Source: Candidatus Latescibacterota bacterium
GTDB taxonomy: Bacteria; Latescibacterota; UBA2968; GCA-2709665
Reading direction: 5' to 3'
Assembly: GCA_965208835.1 (NCBI GenBank)
Contig: OZ242358.1
Span: forward strand, 32,001 to 96,000
DNA: 64,000 nucleotides
Positions 1 to 8,149 of this stretch are shown here, piece by piece; position 1 is the first letter of the stretch; each line of letters starts with the position of its first letter. A model generated the notes under the pieces. That model had not been told where the DNA came from. It was given only the letters and a program-made list of their open reading frames with translations, and did not search any database. The position numbers were made by a program, and so were the translations under genes.

Positions 1-1
1 G

Positions 2-148
2 GAAGTGAAACGCGTTATGATCAAACACCTGGTGATTGAAGACATTACGGGAGACCGGTCCTCTCCCTATCAGATGGCGGAACAGATCAGGAGCGGATAC
101 GACGGCGAGGTGCTCGTGGCCGAAGACGGGCTGGTTGTAGAGATCTGA
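2..148 (+). CDS. 3' end of a metallo-beta-lactamase-fold hydrolase (RNase Z/BN-like), partial
   Basis: Frame 2 reads EVKRVMIKHLVIED...YDGEVLVAEDGLVVEI* with TGA at 146-148. The KR..I.H and G.V.VAEDG tail is typical of RNase Z/BN-like MBL proteins. Confidence 0.6.
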   Translation, partial: EVKRVMIKHLVIEDITGDRSSPYQMAEQIRSGYDGEVLVAEDGLVVEI

Positions 149-165
149 ATGACGCCTCTGGTCTG

Positions 166-266
166 ACAGCCCGTTGAAAAAGCCCATCCGGGTTGCGGCC
201 GGCCCTTGCGGTCGAAATACTGCGTTGCGCGCCCTCGCCTGCAGAACGACTAATCCAACGGACTGC
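166..266 (+). mobile_element. MITE family B, copy 1 (internally deleted)
   Basis: Ends ACAGCCCGTTG...CAACGGACTGC. Colinear with 24067-24228 except for a deletion between two CCTCGCC repeats. Confidence 0.75.
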
Positions 267-269
267 TAA

Positions 270-457
270 GAAGCCGTTTTAAAATTCCCAGCGGTCTTCG
301 CGCGGCTGCAAAAGCGCCGGTCAGCGTTGGTCAAACCCACCCAAGAGTGGCGAGGGGCGCGCAGCCACGATACATTGGATATGGGCGGGTTTTCCCGCCT
401 TGACCGCCACTTTTTCGCTCGCGCTCGGGAATTCACCGGTAATTTTAAAACGGCTTC
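270..457 (+). mobile_element. MITE family A, copy 1 (loop type 1)
   Basis: Perfect 17-bp TIR GAAGCCGTTTTAAAATT/AATTTTAAAACGGCTTC, CTAA on both sides, near-identical to 44461-44648. Confidence 0.85.
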
Positions 458-508
458 CTAAGAGAACGGCAGATACTGGACGTCGTATACAACCCGGGGA
501 GGGATGGA

Positions 509-1258
509 ATGACCATTGTCGACGGCCACGTCCACGTGGGTCTGACCAAGTACGTCGCTGTTGAAGTGCTTCTGGCGCAGATGGAATCGGCCGGAATCGA
601 CAAGGCCCTGCTGGTACAGTACGGCGGATGTCACGATAACGCCTATTTGAAAGACTGTATGGACCGCTATCCGGGCCGGTTCGCGTCTCTGGGCGCGGTG
701 GACTACGACGCCGCAGACGCGGGCGACCGGATTCGGCGCGAAGTGGCCGAATTCAGTCTGGCGGGACTGCGGATTCCGGCCTCTGTCGATAACGAGACGG
801 TCTGGGACACTGTTGGCGAACTGGGTATCATGGCCAGCCTGAGCGGAGGCATGGCAGGCATGCTTCGCCCCATTATGGAAGAACGTATCCGGCGGCATCC
901 GCGCGCGATGTTTCGCATCGAACATATGGGTTGGTTCCCCGACGTGGAGAAGACCCCGGATGAGCCGGACTATGAGCGCCTGATGGGTTACGCGAAGTAC
1001 GAAAACACCGTCTTCATGCTTTCAGGATTCTATGGATTCGGAAAGGGGTTTCCCTACGAGGAGGCAACGCCCTTCATCGAACGGGCGCTGGAGCGGTTCG
1101 GCGCCGAGCGGATGCTGTGGGGGAGCGATTTCCCGCCCGTGAGTCTTCATGAAACCTGCGAGATGGCCGTAGACATGCCCCGCCGCTGGACGTTCCTTTC
1201 CGACAGCGAACTTGAATGGATCATGGGCCGGACCGCTCTGAGGCTTTTCAGTTTCTAG
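509..1258 (+). CDS. Amidohydrolase family 2 protein
   Basis: DGHVH metal motif, IEHMG, LWGSDFP; GGGAGG RBS. Confidence 0.9.
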   Translation: MTIVDGHVHVGLTKYVAVEVLLAQMESAGIDKALLVQYGGCHDNAYLKDCMDRYPGRFASLGAVDYDAADAGDRIRREVAEFSLAGLRIPASVDNETVWDTVGELGIMASLSGGMAGMLRPIMEERIRRHPRAMFRIEHMGWFPDVEKTPDEPDYERLMGYAKYENTVFMLSGFYGFGKGFPYEEATPFIERALERFGAERMLWGSDFPPVSLHETCEMAVDMPRRWTFLSDSELEWIMGRTALRLFSF

Positions 1259-1313
1259 AAAGCGCGCCGCTGGCGCGAGTGGTGAGGTTCGATAGACATT
1301 GAAAGGAGTCTTG

Positions 1314-3044
1314 ATGCGGTATAGCAGCCTTTTTACGCAGACGCTTCGTGAGGCGCCGGCCGACGCGGAGCTGGTCAGCCATCAACTTGCGCTTCGGGCG
1401 GGGCTGATCCGGCCGCTGGCCGCGGGCATCTTCAGCGCGCTGCCGTTGGGACTCCGGGTCGCACGGAAGATCGAGGCGATATTCCGGGAGGAGATGGCGG
1501 CAATTGACTGCGTGGAACTGCTGATGCCCATCGTGCAGCCGGCTGAGCTCTGGCAGGAAAGCGGGAGATGGAACGAGGTGGGTCCGGAAATGCTCCGGAT
1601 GCAGGATCGATCCGAGCGGAACATGTGCCTTGCAATGACCCACGAAGAGGCGGTCACGGATCTGGCGAGGCATCTGATCAGGAGCTATCGTCAGGTGCCT
1701 ATGAGCGTGTTTCAGATTCAGACGAAATTCCGCGACGAGCCCCGGAGCCGGGGCGGTCTGATACGCGTGCGGGAATTTACGATGAAAGACGCGTACAGCT
1801 TCGACCTGGATGAAGCCGGCCTGGAATCGGTCTATCAGGATATGTACCGGGCCTATGAGAATATCTTCCGTCGGGCCGGCCTGGCGGATCAGGTGGTTTC
1901 GGTGGAGAGCGACACCGGCATGATGGGTGGAACCGGGGCGCACGAATTCATGTATCTGAATCCCGCGGGCGAGGATACATTGCTGATCTGCGACGGATGC
2001 GGTTACCGTGCGAACCGGCAGATTGCCGTGTATGAAAGGGAGGAGGCGGTCGGTGAGACACCGGAACCGCTCCGGGAAGTGGCCACGCCGGGATGCACCA
2101 CCATTGAAGATCTGGCGCAGTTCCTGGACATTCCCGCAAGCCGAACGGCCAAAGCGGTGTTTATGACAGGTTCCGTGCAGGGAGAAGAACGGTTTATCTT
2201 CGCGCTTGTTAGGGGAGACCACGAACTCAGCGAAACGAAGTTGTCCAACGCGGTCGGGGCCGTCGATATGCGGCCGGCGACAGAGGATGAAATCCGTGCG
2301 ATCGGGGCCGAGCCCGGATACGGATCTCCCATCGGCATCGCGGAGGATGCGTTGATCGTTGTGGATGACCTGGTGGCGAAGTCCGGTAACCTGGTATCCG
2401 GGGCGAACAGGGTGGACCATCACTGCCTGAACGTAAACGTGGGCAGGGACTTCGAAGCGGACCTGGTCGCCGACCTGGTGGCGGTGGAGGCGGGGATGCC
2501 ATGCGCTTTATGCTGCGCCTCGCTGCGGTCGGCGCGCGGGGTGGAGGTGGGGAATATATTCAAGCTGGGCACCAGATACAGCGAGAAACTGGGCGCGAAC
2601 TTCCTGGATGAGAACGGCAAAGCCCGTCCGCTGGTGATGGGTTCCTACGGGATCGGCGTCGGGCGCCTGCTGGCCTGCGTAATCGAGGAACACCACGACG
2701 ATCAGGGCATCGTCTGGCCGATTTCGGTCGCGCCGTTCCACGTGCATATCGTGGTGCTTTCCGGAAATCGGCCGCGGGGAGAGCTGGAGGCGGCACAGCG
2801 GATCTGCCGGGACCTGGAAGCCAAGGGGATCGAAGTGCTGCTGGATGACCGCGACGAGCGGGCGGGCGTAAAGTTCAACGATGCGGACCTGATCGGAATC
2901 CCCATCCGGATTACCGTGGGTTCCAGGGGGCTGGCGAAGGGGGAGGTGGAAGTGAAAATGAGAAAAGAGCGGGACAGGAAAGACATCGCGATCGACGCGC
3001 TGGTAGGGTACGTGAAAGAAATCGTCCAACAAGGGCAGGCATGA
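1314..3044 (+). CDS. proS: Proline--tRNA ligase with INS editing domain
   Basis: FRDEPRSRGGLIRVREFTMKDAYSF, GSYGIGVGR, GVKFNDADLIGIP; AAGGAG RBS before ATG 1314. Confidence 0.97.
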   Translation: MRYSSLFTQTLREAPADAELVSHQLALRAGLIRPLAAGIFSALPLGLRVARKIEAIFREEMAAIDCVELLMPIVQPAELWQESGRWNEVGPEMLRMQDRSERNMCLAMTHEEAVTDLARHLIRSYRQVPMSVFQIQTKFRDEPRSRGGLIRVREFTMKDAYSFDLDEAGLESVYQDMYRAYENIFRRAGLADQVVSVESDTGMMGGTGAHEFMYLNPAGEDTLLICDGCGYRANRQIAVYEREEAVGETPEPLREVATPGCTTIEDLAQFLDIPASRTAKAVFMTGSVQGEERFIFALVRGDHELSETKLSNAVGAVDMRPATEDEIRAIGAEPGYGSPIGIAEDALIVVDDLVAKSGNLVSGANRVDHHCLNVNVGRDFEADLVADLVAVEAGMPCALCCASLRSARGVEVGNIFKLGTRYSEKLGANFLDENGKARPLVMGSYGIGVGRLLACVIEEHHDDQGIVWPISVAPFHVHIVVLSGNRPRGELEAAQRICRDLEAKGIEVLLDDRDERAGVKFNDADLIGIPIRITVGSRGLAKGEVEVKMRKERDRKDIAIDALVGYVKEIVQQGQA

Positions 3045-3271
3045 ACACTGTTTATATCAAGTTCAAAAGTCGCAGACATCAGGTTAATGGCTATTACGAA
3101 CTGGCGACCCATGCCACGGTGACAAGCTTACCGGATGGTGTGTACATCGTGCCCGTTCAAGCATTGTCGATTCTGGATGAACAGGATATTTCGTATCGAC
3201 AGGCCGCGGAAGACGAGGTGGAGAAGTCTCATGCGCAGCCTATCCCCCGGTGGGATAACAACCCACGATAG
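3041..3271 (+). CDS. Small hypothetical protein coupled to proS
   Basis: ATGA overlap with the proS stop; 76 aa of globular-looking composition. Confidence 0.65.
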   Translation: MNTVYIKFKSRRHQVNGYYELATHATVTSLPDGVYIVPVQALSILDEQDISYRQAAEDEVEKSHAQPIPRWDNNPR

Positions 3272-3344
3272 CCTAAAACGGCCCGTTGTAGATCTGTATG
3301 AGTAAGAATCGTTAACCAATCACATTCGAAATCGAACGCAACTA

Positions 3345-3372
3345 TTGACGAAGGCCCTCACGTGAGTATATT
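3345..3372 (+). promoter_or_regulatory. Sigma70-type promoter of the DUF2188 gene
   Basis: TTGACG-16 nt-TATATT; predicted start near 3378-3379. Confidence 0.55.
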
Positions 3373-3428
3373 AAGACAGGTCTGGCGCGATCAAGTAGCC
3401 CCTGAAGTATCGCCCACAGGAGGTACAC

Positions 3429-3656
3429 TTGGCGGCAAGGAATAATATCCATGTCACAGCAAACGGTGGCAAATGGGAAGTAAAGTTAGCGGGCATGGAT
3501 AAACCTCTCGGTGTTCACCCAACACAAGCCTATGCGATTTCGCACGGAAAAGAACTGGCGAGCGGCTTAGGCACTGAGCTGCGCATTCATCGTACAAATG
3601 GTCAATTGGCCGAACGTATAGATTACGAGAATGTGCCCCCTTCTCCCTATGGTTAG
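3429..3656 (+). CDS. DUF2188 family protein
   Basis: IHV...GKWEVK...HPTQAYAI..GKELA...ELRIHRTNG pattern; AGGAGG RBS, TTG start. Confidence 0.8.
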   Translation: MAARNNIHVTANGGKWEVKLAGMDKPLGVHPTQAYAISHGKELASGLGTELRIHRTNGQLAERIDYENVPPSPYG

Positions 3657-3709
3657 TCTACTCCCCAGAATTGCGTCAGACCGCTCCCCTTTTTGTGTGG
3701 GACGATTAA

Positions 3710-4237
3710 ATGGATTCAATTTTAAGGTGTGAATTTAAAGATATCATTAGCCGTGACACGGTAGGCGATTTTATAGATAGAGTGAACTCACAAATAATAA
3801 GACAGCAACCTTCAACACTATATGTAGAAATTTCCACCGGTGGCGGGCAATTTGAATCTGCTATTTCTCTCTACTACTATTTAATGGGGCAATCTATACA
3901 GACCATTACTCATAATTCACAACGGATTTATTCTACTGGCATATTACCTTTCTTAGGTGGCAAAAGACGATTGGCCACGCCCGAAGCAGATTTTGGCATT
4001 CACTCGATTTATTATCTAACACCACAGGAAGAACGGCTTGATCAGTTTTGGCTCGAACATCGCCTCAATGGTGTAAAGGAATGTAATCGACGTGTCCTGG
4101 ATTGTCTCATAAAACATACTGACATTTCTTTATCTGAGGCACAAGAATTCACAACTGCGCAAAACATAGTGCCTATTTCGGCGAAACAAGCCTTATATCG
4201 AGGCATTATTCACGAAATTAAAGAACTTGAGGCTTAG
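3710..4237 (+). CDS. Divergent ClpP/S14-like serine protease
   Basis: ISTGGG, IYSTG (catalytic Ser position), RRLA...FGIH (His), ISAKQAL..GII; visibly AT-rich. Confidence 0.75.
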   Translation: MDSILRCEFKDIISRDTVGDFIDRVNSQIIRQQPSTLYVEISTGGGQFESAISLYYYLMGQSIQTITHNSQRIYSTGILPFLGGKRRLATPEADFGIHSIYYLTPQEERLDQFWLEHRLNGVKECNRRVLDCLIKHTDISLSEAQEFTTAQNIVPISAKQALYRGIIHEIKELEA

Positions 4238-4331
4238 AATTATCCCATCATTCTTGGCATCATGTTAACTCGACTTAGGTCATCTGGACATATAGATGTA
4301 ATCTGAATCAGTTCCGACCGGATGTCCGACG

Positions 4332-4366
4332 AAAGCCCTGGAGACGCGATCTCCAGGGCTTTTTTT
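4332..4366. terminator. Bidirectional intrinsic terminator
   Basis: AAAGCCCTGGAGA-cgcga-TCTCCAGGGCTTT plus T tract between convergent genes. Confidence 0.85.
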
Positions 4367-5348
4367 ATTCATCGAAAGACCTGAAGCGAACGGCCTGCTC
4401 CGTGTTGACGGATTCTGCAATAGCCTCGAAGTAGGCGGCGACGTTGCAGGCGTCCATGCCGTTCACCGAGGGCGTGGCGCCGGTCTGCGCGCAGTGCGCG
4501 AATTCGACGAGTTCCTCGTACTGTTCGTCGATCCGGCCGAAGGCCTCCCTATGGCGATTCTCCGGGCCGATCAGGGTGACGGCATTTTCGTCGTGGCTGT
4601 CCCACGTGACCCTGGCCTCGCTGCCCGCGAAGGTGATTTCGTATCCCAGATGCGAGACGTACGACGCGCCGATATAGGAAAGTCGTCCGTCCGCGTACCG
4701 GCCGATAACGGCGCCCAGGTCCGGAGACTCTCCAGCGCCGTCTCGCTTGGACATGAAGGCGGCGATGCTTTCAGGGGCGCCCATGATGTCCAGAATCAGG
4801 TCGATGAAGACAACGGCCATCTGCGCGAAGGGCAGTAGGGGCGCGTTCCTGATGTGGTACCGCCAGTTGTCCGGCGTGAGACCGTACGCGGCGGCGCCCC
4901 CGACCGATGCTTCGACCGAGTGCAATGTGCCTATATCCCCTGCATCGAGACGTTTCTTCAGATGGGAAACGGCCGGGTTCCTGCGGAGGTTATGGCCGGC
5001 CATATAGGTGAGGTCATGTTTCTCCGCGAGCCGCATCATCTCCACGGCCTGAGCGCGGCTCGTCGTCACTGGCACGTTGACGAAGACGTGTTTGCCGTGG
5101 GCCGTACAGATCTTGAAGTCATCGTAATGGCGCGGGTTGGGTGTGGTGATGACGACGCCGTCCACGTCAGGGTCGCCGGCCAGGGCTTCGATAGCTGGCG
5201 CCCGCTTTGCGCCGAACTCCCTGGCCGCCTCCTCAGCCCGTTCGGGCACAATGTCATAGACGGATACCAGGACCAGATCCGGATTCTTCTTGACGGCCCG
5301 CTGATGGTTTATGGCGTAGTTGCCCAGACCGACGAATCCGAGGTTCAT
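4365..5348 (-). CDS. Gfo/Idh/MocA family oxidoreductase
   Basis: GFVGLG Rossmann motif, ITTPNPRH, GKHVF, GHNLR; start set at ATG 5348 by GAGGGA RBS. Confidence 0.88.
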   Translation of the reverse strand: MNLGFVGLGNYAINHQRAVKKNPDLVLVSVYDIVPERAEEAAREFGAKRAPAIEALAGDPDVDGVVITTPNPRHYDDFKICTAHGKHVFVNVPVTTSRAQAVEMMRLAEKHDLTYMAGHNLRRNPAVSHLKKRLDAGDIGTLHSVEASVGGAAAYGLTPDNWRYHIRNAPLLPFAQMAVVFIDLILDIMGAPESIAAFMSKRDGAGESPDLGAVIGRYADGRLSYIGASYVSHLGYEITFAGSEARVTWDSHDENAVTLIGPENRHREAFGRIDEQYEELVEFAHCAQTGATPSVNGMDACNVAAYFEAIAESVNTEQAVRFRSFDE

Positions 5349-5373
5349 GACCGGTCCCTCAGACAAAAGCGCC

Positions 5374-7056
5374 TCACGCCGTCCGTTCGATGGTGACGGC
5401 GACCTGGATTAGTGAGGAATCGTGAGCGACGGGCGCGGTCATGTTCCCCGTGAGGCCGCACCCCGCGTGCAGATAGCGCGCCATGTGCAGATCCCATGGG
5501 CCGTTGATGCCGGATATCGATATGCGGTAGGCTGCGCCCTTCCAGCCCAGGACGATCGTACCGCTGTGGATATCGTAGATCAGCTCCTCCTTGCCGTCCC
5601 AGAGGACGATTGGTATGGAGAAAATGACCTGATCGTCGTCCTTGAGGTCTGTGACCCGGTACGTGAGCCGGATGAGTTCGTCCTTGAGGTCGAGTTTGAG
5701 GTTCAGCGGGACCGGACCGTCAAGTCTGAATTCGTCCGAGGCAATCACATCCGCGTCGCCTTCCATGATGCGGTAGGCGCCGCCGGCTTCGTTGACAAGA
5801 ATGCCGAAATACGGCTCAAGCAGCGGATCCGCCTTGTCCGGCTCGGCGATCTGTTCATGGAATGCGTGTTTGACGCCGTCCCGTTTGGCATCGGCAATGG
5901 GTTCGATCATCGGGGTATTGCCAAATTTGACCGAAAGCGGCTGGAGCGGGAGGTGGTACCCCCAGTCGTGGTTGCAGAGGGTCAGAGCCAGGCGCGACTT
6001 TTCGCCGTGCAGAATCGCGTACCCCGCTTCGGCGTCGACCACGTCTTCCACCGTGGCGGCGGCGACCGGGTCGAACCCCGTCCATTCCTCGTCGATCAGG
6101 AGCGCGAGCAGCGCCCAGGCAACGAGACCCGCACCCAGGTCGGTGTTCAGACGGTTGTAGGTCCATTCCAGGCCGGCGACGGCAAAAGGCGACAGATGGT
6201 TCGGCGTATGGGAGAATACGCCCCTGTCAGGATTGAAGGACTGGCAGAAGTCGAGAAGCGCGAGGATTCTTTCCCTGGAATTCTCACCCTCGCCTATGTA
6301 CGAGAGAAGCGCGACCATGGGGTAGACGTACATCTGGTAGATGCTCCGACTGGCAAGAAACGGGAGATGGAATTGTCCGTTGGCCATTTTGAACCACGCG
6401 CATATGGTCTCGAGGAGCCGCCGGATCTGACGCCGGTCGTGTTCGGAAGCTCTGTATCCATCTGATTCTCCATTGAGAAGAGCGGCGGCCAGGAAGGTGC
6501 CCGTTAGGTAGACGTGCGCAACGGAGTGCCCGTTCACGTCGTCATCTCGGAGAAAACCCCCCGATGTCAACCTCCTGTTGAACGCGGCGATGAATTCCCC
6601 GGATCGCTTATTGGCTTTTTCCTCCCGCCCGCCATCCAGGAACAGGTCGCACAGCAGAGACGCGGCTGAGACATGGCAATCGGACAATTTCGCGTCATCC
6701 GTATAGGATGCGGTAAATTCGGCTTCCCAGCGTTCCAGGATATCCCTGTCCACGACATCGGAAAGTATGGGAAAAACCATCGCGCCGTACCCCATCACGT
6801 ATTCCCTGAAACCGGGCGAATTTCTGGCGCCTTCCATGATCTCGGCCGTGCGTTTCATCCACCGGTCCGTCCACTTGAGGTAGACGTCCTCGCCGGAGAG
6901 CCGGTAGAGCGACGCGCCGATAACGGACCAGCAGGCCGGCGCGAAGTTCTCCGGCCGATTGCTTTCGTAGGCGTCGTTCAGGACGCCGTTGTCATCCGTC
7001 CACCGGACGCCAAGTTCGAATCCCTTCTCGAGGCACGCGGTGATTTCATCTTGCAT
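5374..7056 (-). CDS. Hypothetical 560-aa protein, possibly helical toroid plus beta domain (lyase/hydrolase-like)
   Basis: Long ORF with GGAGG RBS in a co-oriented cluster; no family recognised with certainty. Confidence 0.65.
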   Translation of the reverse strand: MQDEITACLEKGFELGVRWTDDNGVLNDAYESNRPENFAPACWSVIGASLYRLSGEDVYLKWTDRWMKRTAEIMEGARNSPGFREYVMGYGAMVFPILSDVVDRDILERWEAEFTASYTDDAKLSDCHVSAASLLCDLFLDGGREEKANKRSGEFIAAFNRRLTSGGFLRDDDVNGHSVAHVYLTGTFLAAALLNGESDGYRASEHDRRQIRRLLETICAWFKMANGQFHLPFLASRSIYQMYVYPMVALLSYIGEGENSRERILALLDFCQSFNPDRGVFSHTPNHLSPFAVAGLEWTYNRLNTDLGAGLVAWALLALLIDEEWTGFDPVAAATVEDVVDAEAGYAILHGEKSRLALTLCNHDWGYHLPLQPLSVKFGNTPMIEPIADAKRDGVKHAFHEQIAEPDKADPLLEPYFGILVNEAGGAYRIMEGDADVIASDEFRLDGPVPLNLKLDLKDELIRLTYRVTDLKDDDQVIFSIPIVLWDGKEELIYDIHSGTIVLGWKGAAYRISISGINGPWDLHMARYLHAGCGLTGNMTAPVAHDSSLIQVAVTIERTA

Positions 7057-7142
7057 TGATGGTAACCTCCCGTCGACGCTGCCCGGTCGGTGGGCGGCGC
7101 GAATCTTTCAAGAGCGGGTCCCCGCAATTCCGCGACAGCGTC

Positions 7143-8087
7143 TTACCCCGCAAGCCCGCTGTACCCCCGGTCGACGTCGGGCAGGTCGGTGGCTTTGCCG
7201 AGCGCCTCGGCCATTGCGCGCACGTGGAACGGCAGCGCGCCGCAGCAGGATCCGATGAGGCCGATGCCCATATGTGCGGCTTCAGCGGTATACTCTGCCA
7301 TGGAAAAGCGCGTGACAACGCGGGGCTCAACCTGGGTCCAGAGATTGGCGACGCTCAACGGTCGATTGAAATTCTCTCCGGGTTCGAGTTCGTAACCTGT
7401 TGGCTGCACGCACAGAGGCGCCGAAACGGCTTCCCTGACTTCGTACATCAGCGGGCGCATGGTGGACCACGGGCGCATGCAGTTGATGCCGACCACATCG
7501 GCACCGGCGTCCACCAGGCGTTTGGCGGCTTCGCCCGGACGGTAACCCTCCCGCGTAAATTCCGCGTCGCGATAGGTCATCGTAACGACGGCGGGAATCC
7601 CCGCCTGTTTTACGAAGGGAATGGCCAGGCTGACTTCATCCACGGAATAGAAGGTTTCGACGATGAAGAGGTCCACGCCGGCAGAGGTCTGCTGCGTAAC
7701 GCGGCGTTCGAAGAATTCACTTGCATTGGTCCTGTCTTCTTCGGTCATGGGGTCCCATTTGGAGCGGCCCGAATAGACGTACGGGCTAAGCGTGCCCGCC
7801 ACGAACCGGTCCGGTCCGGCTGCTTCCCGTGCGAGTTCCACGGCCTTGCGGTGGAGTTCCTCTTCGCGTTCCATGGGCCGAACGCCCCAGACCATGGCCT
7901 GCAGAACTTCGGCGCCCGCACGGGCGAATTCCTTGTGGAGTTCGAGTACGCCTTCGGGGTAGTCGAGTACGCCCATGGGGATTTTGGAGGCGTAGCTGCC
8001 AAGGCAACGGCGTTCGAATTCAAGATAATAGCCGCCATCGCAAAGCAGGGGTCCTTCGGCGATCCGGTTGAGAAAGTCGGACGGCAT
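7143..8087 (-). CDS. Homocysteine S-methyltransferase family protein (BHMT-like)
   Basis: LCDGG, LHKEFARAGA, VETF, GINC and GSCCG zinc ligands; AGGAG RBS favours the second Met. Confidence 0.9.
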   Translation of the reverse strand: MPSDFLNRIAEGPLLCDGGYYLEFERRCLGSYASKIPMGVLDYPEGVLELHKEFARAGAEVLQAMVWGVRPMEREEELHRKAVELAREAAGPDRFVAGTLSPYVYSGRSKWDPMTEEDRTNASEFFERRVTQQTSAGVDLFIVETFYSVDEVSLAIPFVKQAGIPAVVTMTYRDAEFTREGYRPGEAAKRLVDAGADVVGINCMRPWSTMRPLMYEVREAVSAPLCVQPTGYELEPGENFNRPLSVANLWTQVEPRVVTRFSMAEYTAEAAHMGIGLIGSCCGALPFHVRAMAEALGKATDLPDVDRGYSGLAG

Positions 8088-8149
8088 GCACATCTCCTGT
8101 ATAGAAGCAGGATTGCGTTTCGGAACGGCACAATATAACGGACTGAATC

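Noticed and set aside
3379-3682. Retron a1/a2 inverted repeats
   Set aside because: No reverse transcriptase is nearby and the enclosed region is a normal ORF with an RBS.
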